This document shows, in pieces, positions 12,382 to 21,431 of a stretch of 64,000 nt of DNA. The notes under the pieces were generated by a model. The model did no database searches and was not told the DNA's origin. It saw only the letters and a program-made list of their open reading frames with translations. The stretch is from Heteronotia binoei (lineage: Eukaryota): contig NC_083227.1 of the NCBI RefSeq assembly GCF_032191835.1, forward strand, positions 43,152,001-43,216,000. Reading direction: 5' to 3'. The position numbers and the translations under genes are program-made. How positions within the stretch are numbered: the first letter of the stretch is position 1; each line of letters begins with the position of its first letter.

Positions 12382-13351
12382 ATGGGGGAAACGTTGTCTA
12401 AGGAACAGGTAGTGCATGCAGATGAACTAAGGAAATTATGTCAGTCACAGCAGCCAGACAGATGTCCGTCAGGGAAAGAGATCCTTGAGCTCCTGCGGGA
12501 GATAGACTGCCAGTGTCCATGGTATCCACAATGTGGTTCCATGAAGCCCAGTGACTGGGGGAAAATCGGAGCGGAATTAAAACAGGAACCCCGCGCTCCT
12601 ATGTCTCTGCTCATAACCTGGCAGCGGATTCATCATGCTATTTGCCAGTTCACTCCGGCTGAGAACATCCTCTGTAAGCCCCCTGAGACGTCGGGTGAAC
12701 CCCCTCCTTATCTCTACCCGGCCCTGGCCCCTTGGTCAGAGGCCTCAGCTCCCGTGGGAGCTCCCCAGACGGTTGTGTCTCCCAGTGAGCCTCTGGGCTC
12801 AGTCCTCCCAGTGCCCCAGTCCTCTCCCGCCATGCTTCTCAGTCCCTTAGAACTCTCTTTGGCTCGAGCCCAAGAGGCAGGGGAACTGGACTTGTCAGAG
12901 GATTGGGGGGGGGGAATCTCCAGGGCTGTTCCCCAGAACACGGGGACCAGATCCTAGTCACCCTGACCGAGTTTAGCAAAGCAAAGCAAAGCAAAGCGAA
13001 TTTTATTTTTATATCCCGCCCTCCCCCGCCAGAAGGCGGGCTCAGGGCGGCTCACAGACATGACAAGCATGATTTGGTTAAAATAGACAACAATGGTTTA
13101 AATAATACAATTACATGAATTAATAAAGTTTAAAAATATAACAATAAGAGAATAGGAGATTAAAAGATATAAAAATATAAGGTAGGTAGAAATAGGTGAC
13201 CTGGACAGGGCTACCTTATTCTGTCCTGAGAGAATTGAATAAATCTATTAAGGAATATGGGTTAAAATCCACCTTTGTGCAAGGGACCTTGGAGGGCATC
13301 GCCCAAGGATATGCCATGTTGCCCTATGATTGGAAAACCCTCTTGAAATAA
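12382..13351 (+). pseudogene. gag: ERV gag (MA, PPPY late domain, start of CA), disrupted
   Basis: MGETLS (myristoylation consensus), CPWYPQCGSMKPSDWGKIG (beta-type MA), PPPY at 12700-12711; frameshift at G10 run 12905-12914; LINE insertion 12974-13195; CA N-terminal part WTGLPYSVLRELNKSIKEYG..LPYDWKTLLK* at 13202-13351. Confidence 0.9.
12974..13195 (-). mobile_element. 5'-truncated L2-type LINE 3' end inserted into gag
   Basis: (AAAGC)n tail followed by TTTATATCCCGCCCTCCCCCGCC..CTCAGGGCGGCTCACA, the same 3' end as at ~62490-62560; gag frame resumes at 13196. Confidence 0.7.
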
Positions 13352-16137
13352 ACTCAGCCAAATTCAGCTTGAGTTAAAGAAACTGGAAAGAGTTACAATT
13401 TTGAGCCCCACCCAGGCAGAAAGCTCATTATTTCCCTCTTTTCCACCTTTCTTTGTAAAAACTTATCAGGATTAGATAAGAGAGTACTGGCCAAATCCAT
13501 TGTGTCTGTTAAAACCTTCCCCTTCTTTCCCATCTAGGGGGGGAGGGTGGAAATAGTGTGGAAATATTTTTGTGCTATTTTGAATTCTCATCTCCTGATT
13601 TTGGGTCTAAAAGATATAATTTCAAAAGTCTTTCATTACCAAACCTTTTTCTAATATTGCAGTCTCTCACAGACAGCCTCTCCCCAGCCAGAGAAATACC
13701 TGGCTGGAAGATGTGCATACTACTTTGTTTTTGTAAGGTCGCCAGTCTCCAGGTGGGACCTGGAGGTCTCTCCCGAAATCATAGCCTTTTCCCCAATACA
13801 TTGAGGCTAAAGCCTCTGGAGGGAATAGGTGTCCAAGGAAATGAACTGCATGCCTTGTGATTTTCACATTTGATTCACTATTTCAGGAATCTCCAGCCTG
13901 GAGCTGGCATCCCAAAGTTCTACTTACAGCCAATCCTTCTCCGCTGGAGAGACTCCTCTGCCTGTAAACTGCCCTAATACCAGGAGTTCTCCTAGGTTAA
14001 TAATTTTCTAGTGACTGGTAAACCCTTTTAAAATAGTCAGCCTATGATTTCCATTGTTCTAAGGAAATGGTGCACCTAATAGAGACTCCTTTTTTGTTAT
14101 TTCTAGTAGTTTTCTTATACAGGGCAATGTCTTAAACTTTACCTCACAAATTTTGGTTCCTACAAGCAGTATAGGACATCTGTACATTTCCTTGGGGTAA
14201 ACGTACCTTCTCCCTGTGCTTTTTCTCTCTTAAGCTTCCAGACCTCATACTCTTGTTTTTTGGCAGAATTCCTGAAAGTTCTTGGTCTCCATTAGAAATC
14301 TGGATTCCTCAAATGTATTTCAACTATTGATATCTTCATTTGCCCTCTGCATGTCATTTGTAGTTATGTTCCATCTATGATCAATCTTCCCCTTTCTAGC
14401 TATTTGGTGCAGCTTGAGTTTTAATTGTTGTTTAATCCAGTCTGCCTGTGGAAAGAGGTATCCACATGTTCTTAAAAGGCCCCACCTTGTGGGCTCAGTA
14501 TATCTTGTTAGAGCCAGACTTTTCTGAGTGAACACCCTTTTCTATTTTCCATGTTCTCAAGGAAATGAGCCATAACCTGTTAGATTCTTAATGTAGATCC
14601 CTCAGGGTTCATTTCTGATCATGATTTTCTTCTTGCTACTAAATGTCCTTTTGTGTTATTTTTGCCTCAATAAAGGCCCTTCAATTTAAGTCTTGTTGTA
14701 TTATGCTCAACTTTTGGTCTACTTGGTATTTCTGACAGTGTGTTGCCTTCCAGCAACACATTCTTTGCACTCTGTGTATGCACAGAGGAACATCATTCTC
14801 TGGCACAAGCCTTAAACCTGGAGCATTGTGCCATCATCCTAGTTCTACCTTTTACTCCATAAAAGGTCTCTTCTTAAAGGGATATGCTTTCGTGCTTCTA
14901 GTCTTTCTTTTGACTTGTCCTTGCAACAACTCAGCATTTTAATCTTGGTCCTACAGATGCCTTGACACATCTTTTCTCTTTTTATGCATTGTTTTAGTGT
15001 GTCTATCAAGGTATTAACCATGATTTGATTTCTAGGATTTTGTAACCGTTTTGTTAAGTTTGCTCATCTTTTCTTTCAATATAGATGTGCAGGGAATCTG
15101 GACCTGCAAATCAAGTCTAATGCATGCTCAGTAGTTCTAAAGGTTGTTGATAGTCCTGTTAAGAATTGTTTTATGTATGTGTAACCCTCATGTTCCTTTT
15201 CAAAATCCTTGTTTTGTTAAGTTTTGTTGAAATCTATGCTCACATGTGAGACCCCCATGCCAAGATCGTTTTAGCTGACCTAGCCCAGAGAAACACTGGA
15301 TTTAGTGGGACCTGATCACCTCACTTATGTCCAGGTTTTTAATTTCTCTGATCTAGCTCACCTATCATATAAAGCTAGCTAGCATTGTTCTATTGAGGCC
15401 TCAGTTTTTGTTTTTGAAGTTTTTATATTGTTTTGACAATTTATTATATTCCAAGGCTATAGCAAAGGTTTTCTTTTGTCTCTTTTTTATGGAACTATTT
15501 TCATCATATGGGGGACGCCCCAAACTATGGTCATTTTCCTGGATTGTGCACAATGTTTTATTTTAAGTTTTATGTTGCAACAAAGAATATTTTGGGTTGT
15601 GTTTTCTGTATTGTGTATGTTACTTTCCTCCCTTGACAAGGAAGAAGCCTCCTGAAGTCCTGAATGCTTAGTGTACTAGGCAAACCTGCCCAATGCAGGC
15701 CCCTAACGTGACATATGTACGCTTGTGACGTCAAAGCTCACTGGTCACCATACTCTGGACAGGAAGACGCTTCCCTACTAACTTTTTCAGACTCCTTTCT
15801 TCATGGTTGAATGTATGCATTTTTGATCTGCTTTCACTGCTCCCTACACTGGTACGGAGTCATCTCCATGTTGTCATGTGTGAATGTTTTTGGTTCCTTT
15901 TTGGGTTTTTTCCTCAAGCCCCCTGTTGCTGTATGGACCATCGGTGATACCGGCAGGACAGCACCGTTGCCAATTCTATGCTGGGTTACAGGAAGAATTC
16001 CCTTTTGGCAACCATAAAGACACATTTCATTGGGTGCTAGGGGGGGTGGGCAGGCTCTTTAGTTCACCCTCCCCTAGGCCTTTCACATACCCAATAGGTC
16101 CATGGCAGAAGATCCTCTTCCAACCCCAGTATAAGAA

Positions 16138-16431
16138 GCTTATCAACGAGGGGAGAACGTGAAACGGGTTATTTCTCATTTTGTCCGCGCCATGGCTGTT
16201 ATGGGTCGTCCTGCCACCCTCCAAACAGACAATGGCCCTGCTTCCTGTTGCTCCGCCTTTGCTGAATTTTGTGGCCGCTGGCACGTTCGGCATCTCTACG
16301 GTATTCCCTTTAATTCCACAGGTCAAGCTGTTGTGGAGCGTGCCAACCGTACCTTGAACGCTGCCCTGGCTGTTCTTGAAAAACAGAAAGGGGGAGAATC
16401 CCCCTCCGCTGTTTCCTGTGACATGCTCTGA
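16138..16431 (+). pseudogene. pol: ERV integrase catalytic-core fragment
   Basis: RGENVKRVISHFVRAMAVMGRPATLQTDNGPA..GIPFNSTGQAVVERANRTL..KQKGG; class II IN core; N- and C-terminal domains absent. Confidence 0.92.
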
Positions 16432-17503
16432 GCACAAAACCTTTTTATTGTTTGTTGTTGGTTCCAGTCAATGCAGAACTAGTTACTCAGTCTCCTCCTC
16501 AGAATTTGTGGGTTCGACACGCTGCGTATATGTTTCGGCATCATGGTACTAATGTTACACTTGTATATGAACCCCCCATGTCTGTTTCCTCTATGTCTTT
16601 CCTGCCCACCCCCTTTCAAGCTCCAGAAATAGTATTAGCCCAATTACAGGATTTAAACCGCTCCTATATGTTTACCAACCCATTGGAGGACGATGTTAAT
16701 GCTACTCGCTTTCGCATGTTTCATTACCAATATGCCTTGCCAGGAATGTGCTTTTGTTGCGGCGCTACAAATAACGCCTTTTCCAAGTGGAAAGGACTTG
16801 CTGATGGGAACAAACATTGGCTTAGTCACAAGAATCAGACTCATTGTAGTGACCGATTCTGGGTGGGAGGCGGTAATAACATGAACTTTAATTCGTCTTA
16901 TAATGTTAATATTTCCCTTATGAATTCTACTTGGGACATTTTGCAAGTCTCACAGGCATTTTAACCTTAGGCGGCTATTCTAATATAGTAGCACAGGAGA
17001 ACCGTGCTTCCATCATTGGACTCACCTGCCGTCTAGAACAATCCATTAATGCAACTACCTCCATCATTCGTGACCTACAGAAGGAAATCTTCAGTCTGCA
17101 CCAAATACAGTTGCAGCACCGGCTTGCCCTGGACTATCTGTTGGCACGCCAAGGAGGGTTTTGCAAGATTGTTGGGCCAGCAGCCTGTGAGGTACGGTTT
17201 CAAGACTTCAACCGGACCATCGAGGAAGAGTTGAAGCACTTGCACAACCTCATTGCGGATAATGCACTCCGTCCTGATTGGGACCCTTTTGCTTGGCTAA
17301 CCTCCCTGCTTCCAGACCCTACTTGGCTCCGACAATTGATTTGTGCCATAATTGTAATTGTTGTTCTTTTAATCATTGCCTGTTGTTGTATTCAGTGCCT
17401 TCCTAATTTGCTGCAAATGTGTACACGTTCTAAGGAAACATGGCAACGGCGTGCATTGTATTATGCTTATCATCAGCTTAAAAACAAAAAGGGGGAGATG
17501 TAG
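16423..17503 (+). pseudogene. env: ERV env (signal peptide, shortened SU, intact-looking TM) with frameshifts
   Basis: SU frame 16422-16964 (PFYCLLLVPVNA/ELVTQSPPQNLWVRHA..); TM frame 16910-17503 with heptad, ISD LQHRLALDYLLARQGGFC, CX7C loop and membrane anchor LICAIIVIVVLLIIACCC; no furin site; ATG 16423 one nt out of frame. Confidence 0.92.
17480..17498 (+). promoter_or_regulatory. ERV 3' polypurine tract
   Basis: AAAAACAAAAAGGGGGAGA directly before the 3' LTR TG. Confidence 0.9.
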
Positions 17504-17793
17504 GGGTACAGGAACAAGTATCAGACATCACGCTGGCAAACCACGTGACTTGCCTGTGCTGCCTGTACCCTGCAGGGCCCCAACCGAAACTGCTTCGTGT
17601 GCATTGTACTTTGCCCTGGCACCACTGTTGTAAAAGGGTATCAATCATTACCTGAGCCAACGCCTGGCTTACAAGGATATAAAATAAAGCACCGCTCCTG
17701 GCCCGACAGAGCAGCTCTTTACCCCACGGTCGTCTCGTCTGGCTTCTTGACTCCCACAGCCTTTTTGGCTCCCACAGCCTCTCGGCTCCCACA
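17499..17793 (+). repeat. ERV 3' LTR (295 bp)
   Basis: Identical to the 5' LTR except one A/G substitution (12261 vs 17737) and one extra 18-bp unit in U5 (CTTTTTGGCTCCCACAGC). Confidence 0.97.
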
Positions 17794-17863
17794 GGTTTGC
17801 ATGACAATAATGTTTGTAAGGATCCCATGATACAAACATCCTTCCCTAATCAAAACTCTAGAG

Positions 17864-19040
17864 CAGGGGTGTCAAACATATGGCCTGCAGGCCGGATCAG
17901 GCCCGCAGAGGGCTCCAATCAGGCCCTCCAGCAACTGCCTGCCATCGGCTTCATTTTCCCTTGCCTGCTTTTTTCGGTCGCCATTTTGTGTTTCTCCCCG
18001 GATGGGCCAGAGCAGCAGAGCAGCCTTTCCTTCTCCCCCCTCCCTTTTTCCAAAGGGAGGAGGAGGGAGTAGCAGCCTCAGCCAATGAAGGAGCTTGGCT
18101 CTATAGCTCTGCTGGGTGATTAAGTTTGCCAGGCTCAGTTAATCACCCTGCAGAGCTACTGGGACAAGCCTCTCTTCCTTCTAATGAATGGCTGAGGCTC
18201 CTCCCCCTCCTCATGCCCCAGGGAAGGAAAGAAAGCGCCAGAGCTTCCTTTGCCAGTCCCCACCATCAGCAGAGCTACAAAGAGTGCTTTTAAGACTAGC
18301 AACATTTTAGTGAAGGTATGAGCTTTTTGCCTTGCTAGAGAGAGAGAGAGAGTTTTGTTGGGCTTGTTATGGGTGTAATGGGTTATGGGTTGTTATGGGT
18401 TCCCCTCCTCTTTTTGGAGGTCTTGAATTTAGACTAGTAGACTGACACTGACCACTGTACATGGCTGTCTCTCTGTTCTTGTAGTTGTTTTTTGGGGGGA
18501 AGCTGTATTTTTTTTTTAGTTGTAGTCATTTTTGGGGGGGAAATTATAGTTTTATAAACAAGCACATAGCCCTCAATCTGTACCATGGTGCCTTCACATG
18601 TTCTTGACTAGTGCATGAAGCAACTTCTGTATAAAAGCTCAGTGTCCAGATGCTTCATGTTCCTCTGGGTCTTAGGCTCAAAGCATTGACCATGAGATAT
18701 CTGTAATGAATGTCAATGAAGCAAAAGTAGGTTTGCAACTTACAGATGTGCACACCTGAACAGCACATATTCAAGACTGGTACAGCACAGACACTGTCTG
18801 CAGTTTTTGATGCAATAATTCATAGCAAGAGGTGACATTTATCAGAGACAAAATATTGCAAGTGTGCTAACATTTTAAGCATGTTTTAAGTTTTAAAAAA
18901 TCTTTAATTGTGTCTGTGCCCTTTATAAAGTTTATATGTCCGCTACCTGGCATTACATTTTATGATACACATGGCCTGGCCCGACAAGGTCTCATTTATG
19001 TCAGATCCAGCCCTCATAACAAATAAATTTGACACCCTTG
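17864..19040. mobile_element. Non-autonomous hAT element (CAGGGGTGTCAAAC TIR)
   Basis: TIRs CAGGGGTGTCAAAC / ATTTGACACCCTTG; exact 8-bp TSD CTCTAGAG; siblings at 36482-36931 and 48144-49375. Confidence 0.88.
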
Positions 19041-19642
19041 CTCTAGAGGCACCTGAAATAAACAAAATTTATGTCAGCATAAGCTTTCATGAGTCAGAAC
19101 TCACAATCAGATGCATCTTGAACACAACAACACATCCTAAGTGTACAGCTGACACATTAAGCAGCAGACACATTTATACTTTAAGTTACAGGTGTAAGTG
19201 TATCCCTTAAAGGGAGCTTTGACTCTTGAAAAACTATACCCCCAAAACCTTGTTGATCTCGAAGGTGCTGTTGGACTATAGCTTTTTCTAACAAATTTAC
19301 GCTTCACGTGTCTGATGATGTGGGTTCTGATTCACAGAAATTTTTGCTGTAGTACATTGATGATAGTCATCAAAGTTACCAATGGATACCTGTTTAATTT
19401 TTCTGCAACAGATAAAACATGGCTATCCCTCTGAAATTATCCTTCTTTAGGAACAGAATGGCATTTGGAACTATTTTTCATCAGGAAATGATGCCACACC
19501 AAAAGAAGTGAATGTTACCAGTTACATAAACTTTCTGGCCAATATGCATTGCCAAGCAATACCTTTATCAGCATAACAAAGTTTGAGTCCAGTGGCACCT
19601 TTAAGACCAACCAAGTTTTATTCAAGGTACATATGACATATG

Positions 19643-19850
19643 GACATATGGAGCTGCCTTATACTGAATCAGACCCTTGGTCCATCAAAGTCAGTATTGT
19701 CTTCTCAGACTGGCAGTGGCTCTCCAGGGTCTCAAGCTGAGGTTTTTCACGCCTTTTTGCCTGGACCGTTTTTTGGAGATGCCAGGGATTGAACCTGGGA
19801 ACTTCTGCTTCCCAAGCAGATGCTCTACCATTGAGCCACCGTCCCTCCCG
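19643..19850 (-). mobile_element. tRNA-derived SINE, second family
   Basis: Reverse of GGTGGCTCAATGGTAGAGCATCTGCTTGG..CCCAGGTTCAATCCCTGG; sibling at ~31449-31652; head fragment at ~61010-61070. Confidence 0.75.
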
Positions 19851-20323
19851 TGTAAGTACACTTTTTCAAATTCAGATATCTGAATAAAACTTGGTTGGTC
19901 TTAAAGGTGGTAATGTACTCAAACTTTGTTCTGCTGCTTCAGGCTAACATAGCTACCCACTTGAATCTATTATCAGCATAAATCTTCTGTTCCTCTAGCA
20001 CAGGAGGCAGGGCTAGTTCCAGGTTGGGGGTGAGAGCTAAGCAGAGAGTATCCAGCAGCCCCTTCCTTCCACCACCTGCCCCTGCTTCCCACCTATTCCT
20101 TTCTGCCTGCATAGGTATGCAGAACACTCACAAGTGGGCAGAGTTAGTGCTGGTGGGGGTTGGGGACCAGAAGCCCTGGGCCTAGTAATCTGCTGCACCT
20201 CAGAGTAGGCTGAGACCAGCTCCGACAAGAGACATCACAGACACGGCATTCCTCCACCCAATCCTATCAGCAAGCCCAGCTACCTTAGGGCCTCTCAGCC
20301 CTGCTGTTCATATGTCAACATAC

Positions 20324-20466
20324 CATCTTTGTGCACCACAGATGCTGCCAGCAGCTTAATCAGAGCCTGCCGACTCAATGGCCGTGCTGGCCCCAAGATA
20401 CTAACTCCACCAGAACCATCTGCTAATGGCTTCCCCAAGTCTCCTTCCTTCAGCAACATCTGGTAC
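20324..20466 (-). CDS. RPUSD3: RPUSD3 exon 2
   Basis: gcag|GTAC..AAAGATG|gtatgt; ends LSRQALIKLLAASVVHKD, matching recalled human LSREELVDALRAAVVDRK. Confidence 0.9.
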
Positions 20467-20907
20467 CTGCAATAATGGAAAGTGTCTGTATGTAAAGTGC
20501 GGTCAAGTCACAGCTGACTGATGGCAACCCCAACAAGAGGCTCTCAAGGCAAGTGAGAGCAGAGGTGGTTTGATAGTGCCTTCCTCTGAAGAGCTTTCCT
20601 CGGTGGTCGCCTTGCTTGCCTCCCAAAACTGACGAGATCGGGCTATACCATGCTATTTTCTCTCCTTAGAATGGAAGGATAATAACAATAAAGCCAGCAA
20701 CACTCTGCAAGTTGCAACTGCCGCCCGTAAATATTCTACTGTCCCAGTATCAAGTTCTTAACCTGGGCTGGCAGCAGTTTCCACGATGACAAAATTCTAT
20801 TGGGAGTTTTGCCTGGCGTGCCAGTTCAGTGATAGAGGCCCTGCTGGGGGGCGGTGGGGGGCGTGCGTGTGGCAGCAAATTCACCCTGTTTCCTCGCCAC
20901 CTCTTAC

Positions 20908-21014
20908 CAGGTGAGTGTACTGAGGGCCACTCGAGAGCTCCTCCGCCGGCAGTTAAAGCGCCATGGAACGTTACGAAGCATCGAGACCGGCCTAAAATAA
21001 GCAGAGAGTTCCAT
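20908..21014 (-). CDS. RPUSD3: RPUSD3 exon 1 of 9 (mitochondrial RluA-family pseudouridine synthase-like protein; full CDS 1122 nt, 373 aa)
   Basis: ATG at 21014; MELSAYFRPVSMLRNVPWRFNCRRRSSRVALSTLT is Arg/Ser-rich like a mitochondrial presequence; donor CTG|gtaaga; phase 2 joins exon 2. All 9 exons (107+143+45+100+108+85+127+140+267 nt) splice in frame with GT-AG. Confidence 0.8.
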
Positions 21015-21342
21015 TTCCCGACACGTGCGAGCACACTAGAGCCAATGACAGCCGAGAGAAAGATGGGGGAAGACCTACTTCTGTATTCCTGTGCCTACTG
21101 GGAGATGTCCCATATTTCCCTAAGCAGAAATTGCCTTTAGCGCCCCCTCGAGGGAAAAGCGTTGAGTCGCTGATCATAGCGGCGCCTGCCCAATCAACCC
21201 TTTCGTTGACCATAGAGTTGTCCTCTCCAAAGGTATAGAGAGAGTGCCAATAGAAAGCTTGACGGGCAACAGAGTGGGCTTTTACGCATGCGCGCTTGAC
21301 TTTCTCCGTTCCTTGACGCTTGCTTTCCGCCCTTCGTGGAAG
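21015..21342. promoter_or_regulatory. Bidirectional CpG-rich promoter between RPUSD3 and JAGN1
   Basis: 328 bp between the two ATGs; CpG-rich; CCAAT boxes (~21042, ~21190, ~21247), NRF1-like GCATGCGCGC (~21286), YY1-like AAGATGGC overlapping the JAGN1 ATG; no TATA box seen. Confidence 0.75.
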
Positions 21343-21431
21343 ATGGCTTCCCGCGCGGGACCCCGCGCCACGGGGACGGATGGCAGCGATTTCCGACACC
21401 GGGAGCGTGTGGCCGAGCATTACCAGATGAG
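21343..21431 (+). CDS. JAGN1: JAGN1 exon 1 (jagunal homolog 1)
   Basis: [29 protein letters not shown], the conserved jagunal N-terminus; 89 nt; donor AG|gtgggg. Confidence 0.97.

Larger units (their letters stand above)
12023..17793 (+). mobile_element. Defective class II (alpha/beta-like) endogenous retrovirus, antisense in RPUSD3 intron 2
   Basis: TG..CA LTRs at both ends, 6-bp TSD GGTTTG (12017-12022 and 17794-17799), PBS, gag, integrase core, env, PPT. Confidence 0.97.

Noticed and set aside
14100-15240. Antisense gag/pol of a second retroelement within the ERV insert
   Set aside because: The A-rich minus strand is suggestive, but I found no convincing motif (zinc knuckle, DTG protease or YXDD); left unassigned
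19060-19350. Additional hammerhead ribozymes in Penelope-like remnants
   Set aside because: Core motifs are degenerate (e.g. CTGATGATGTGGGTTCTGATTCACAGAAAT) with broken stems
20908-20916. Plus-strand splice donor CAG|GTGAGT back-to-back with the RPUSD3 exon 1 donor
   Set aside because: No upstream exon could be defined, and the upstream open frame would join JAGN1 exon 2 out of frame; likely coincidental
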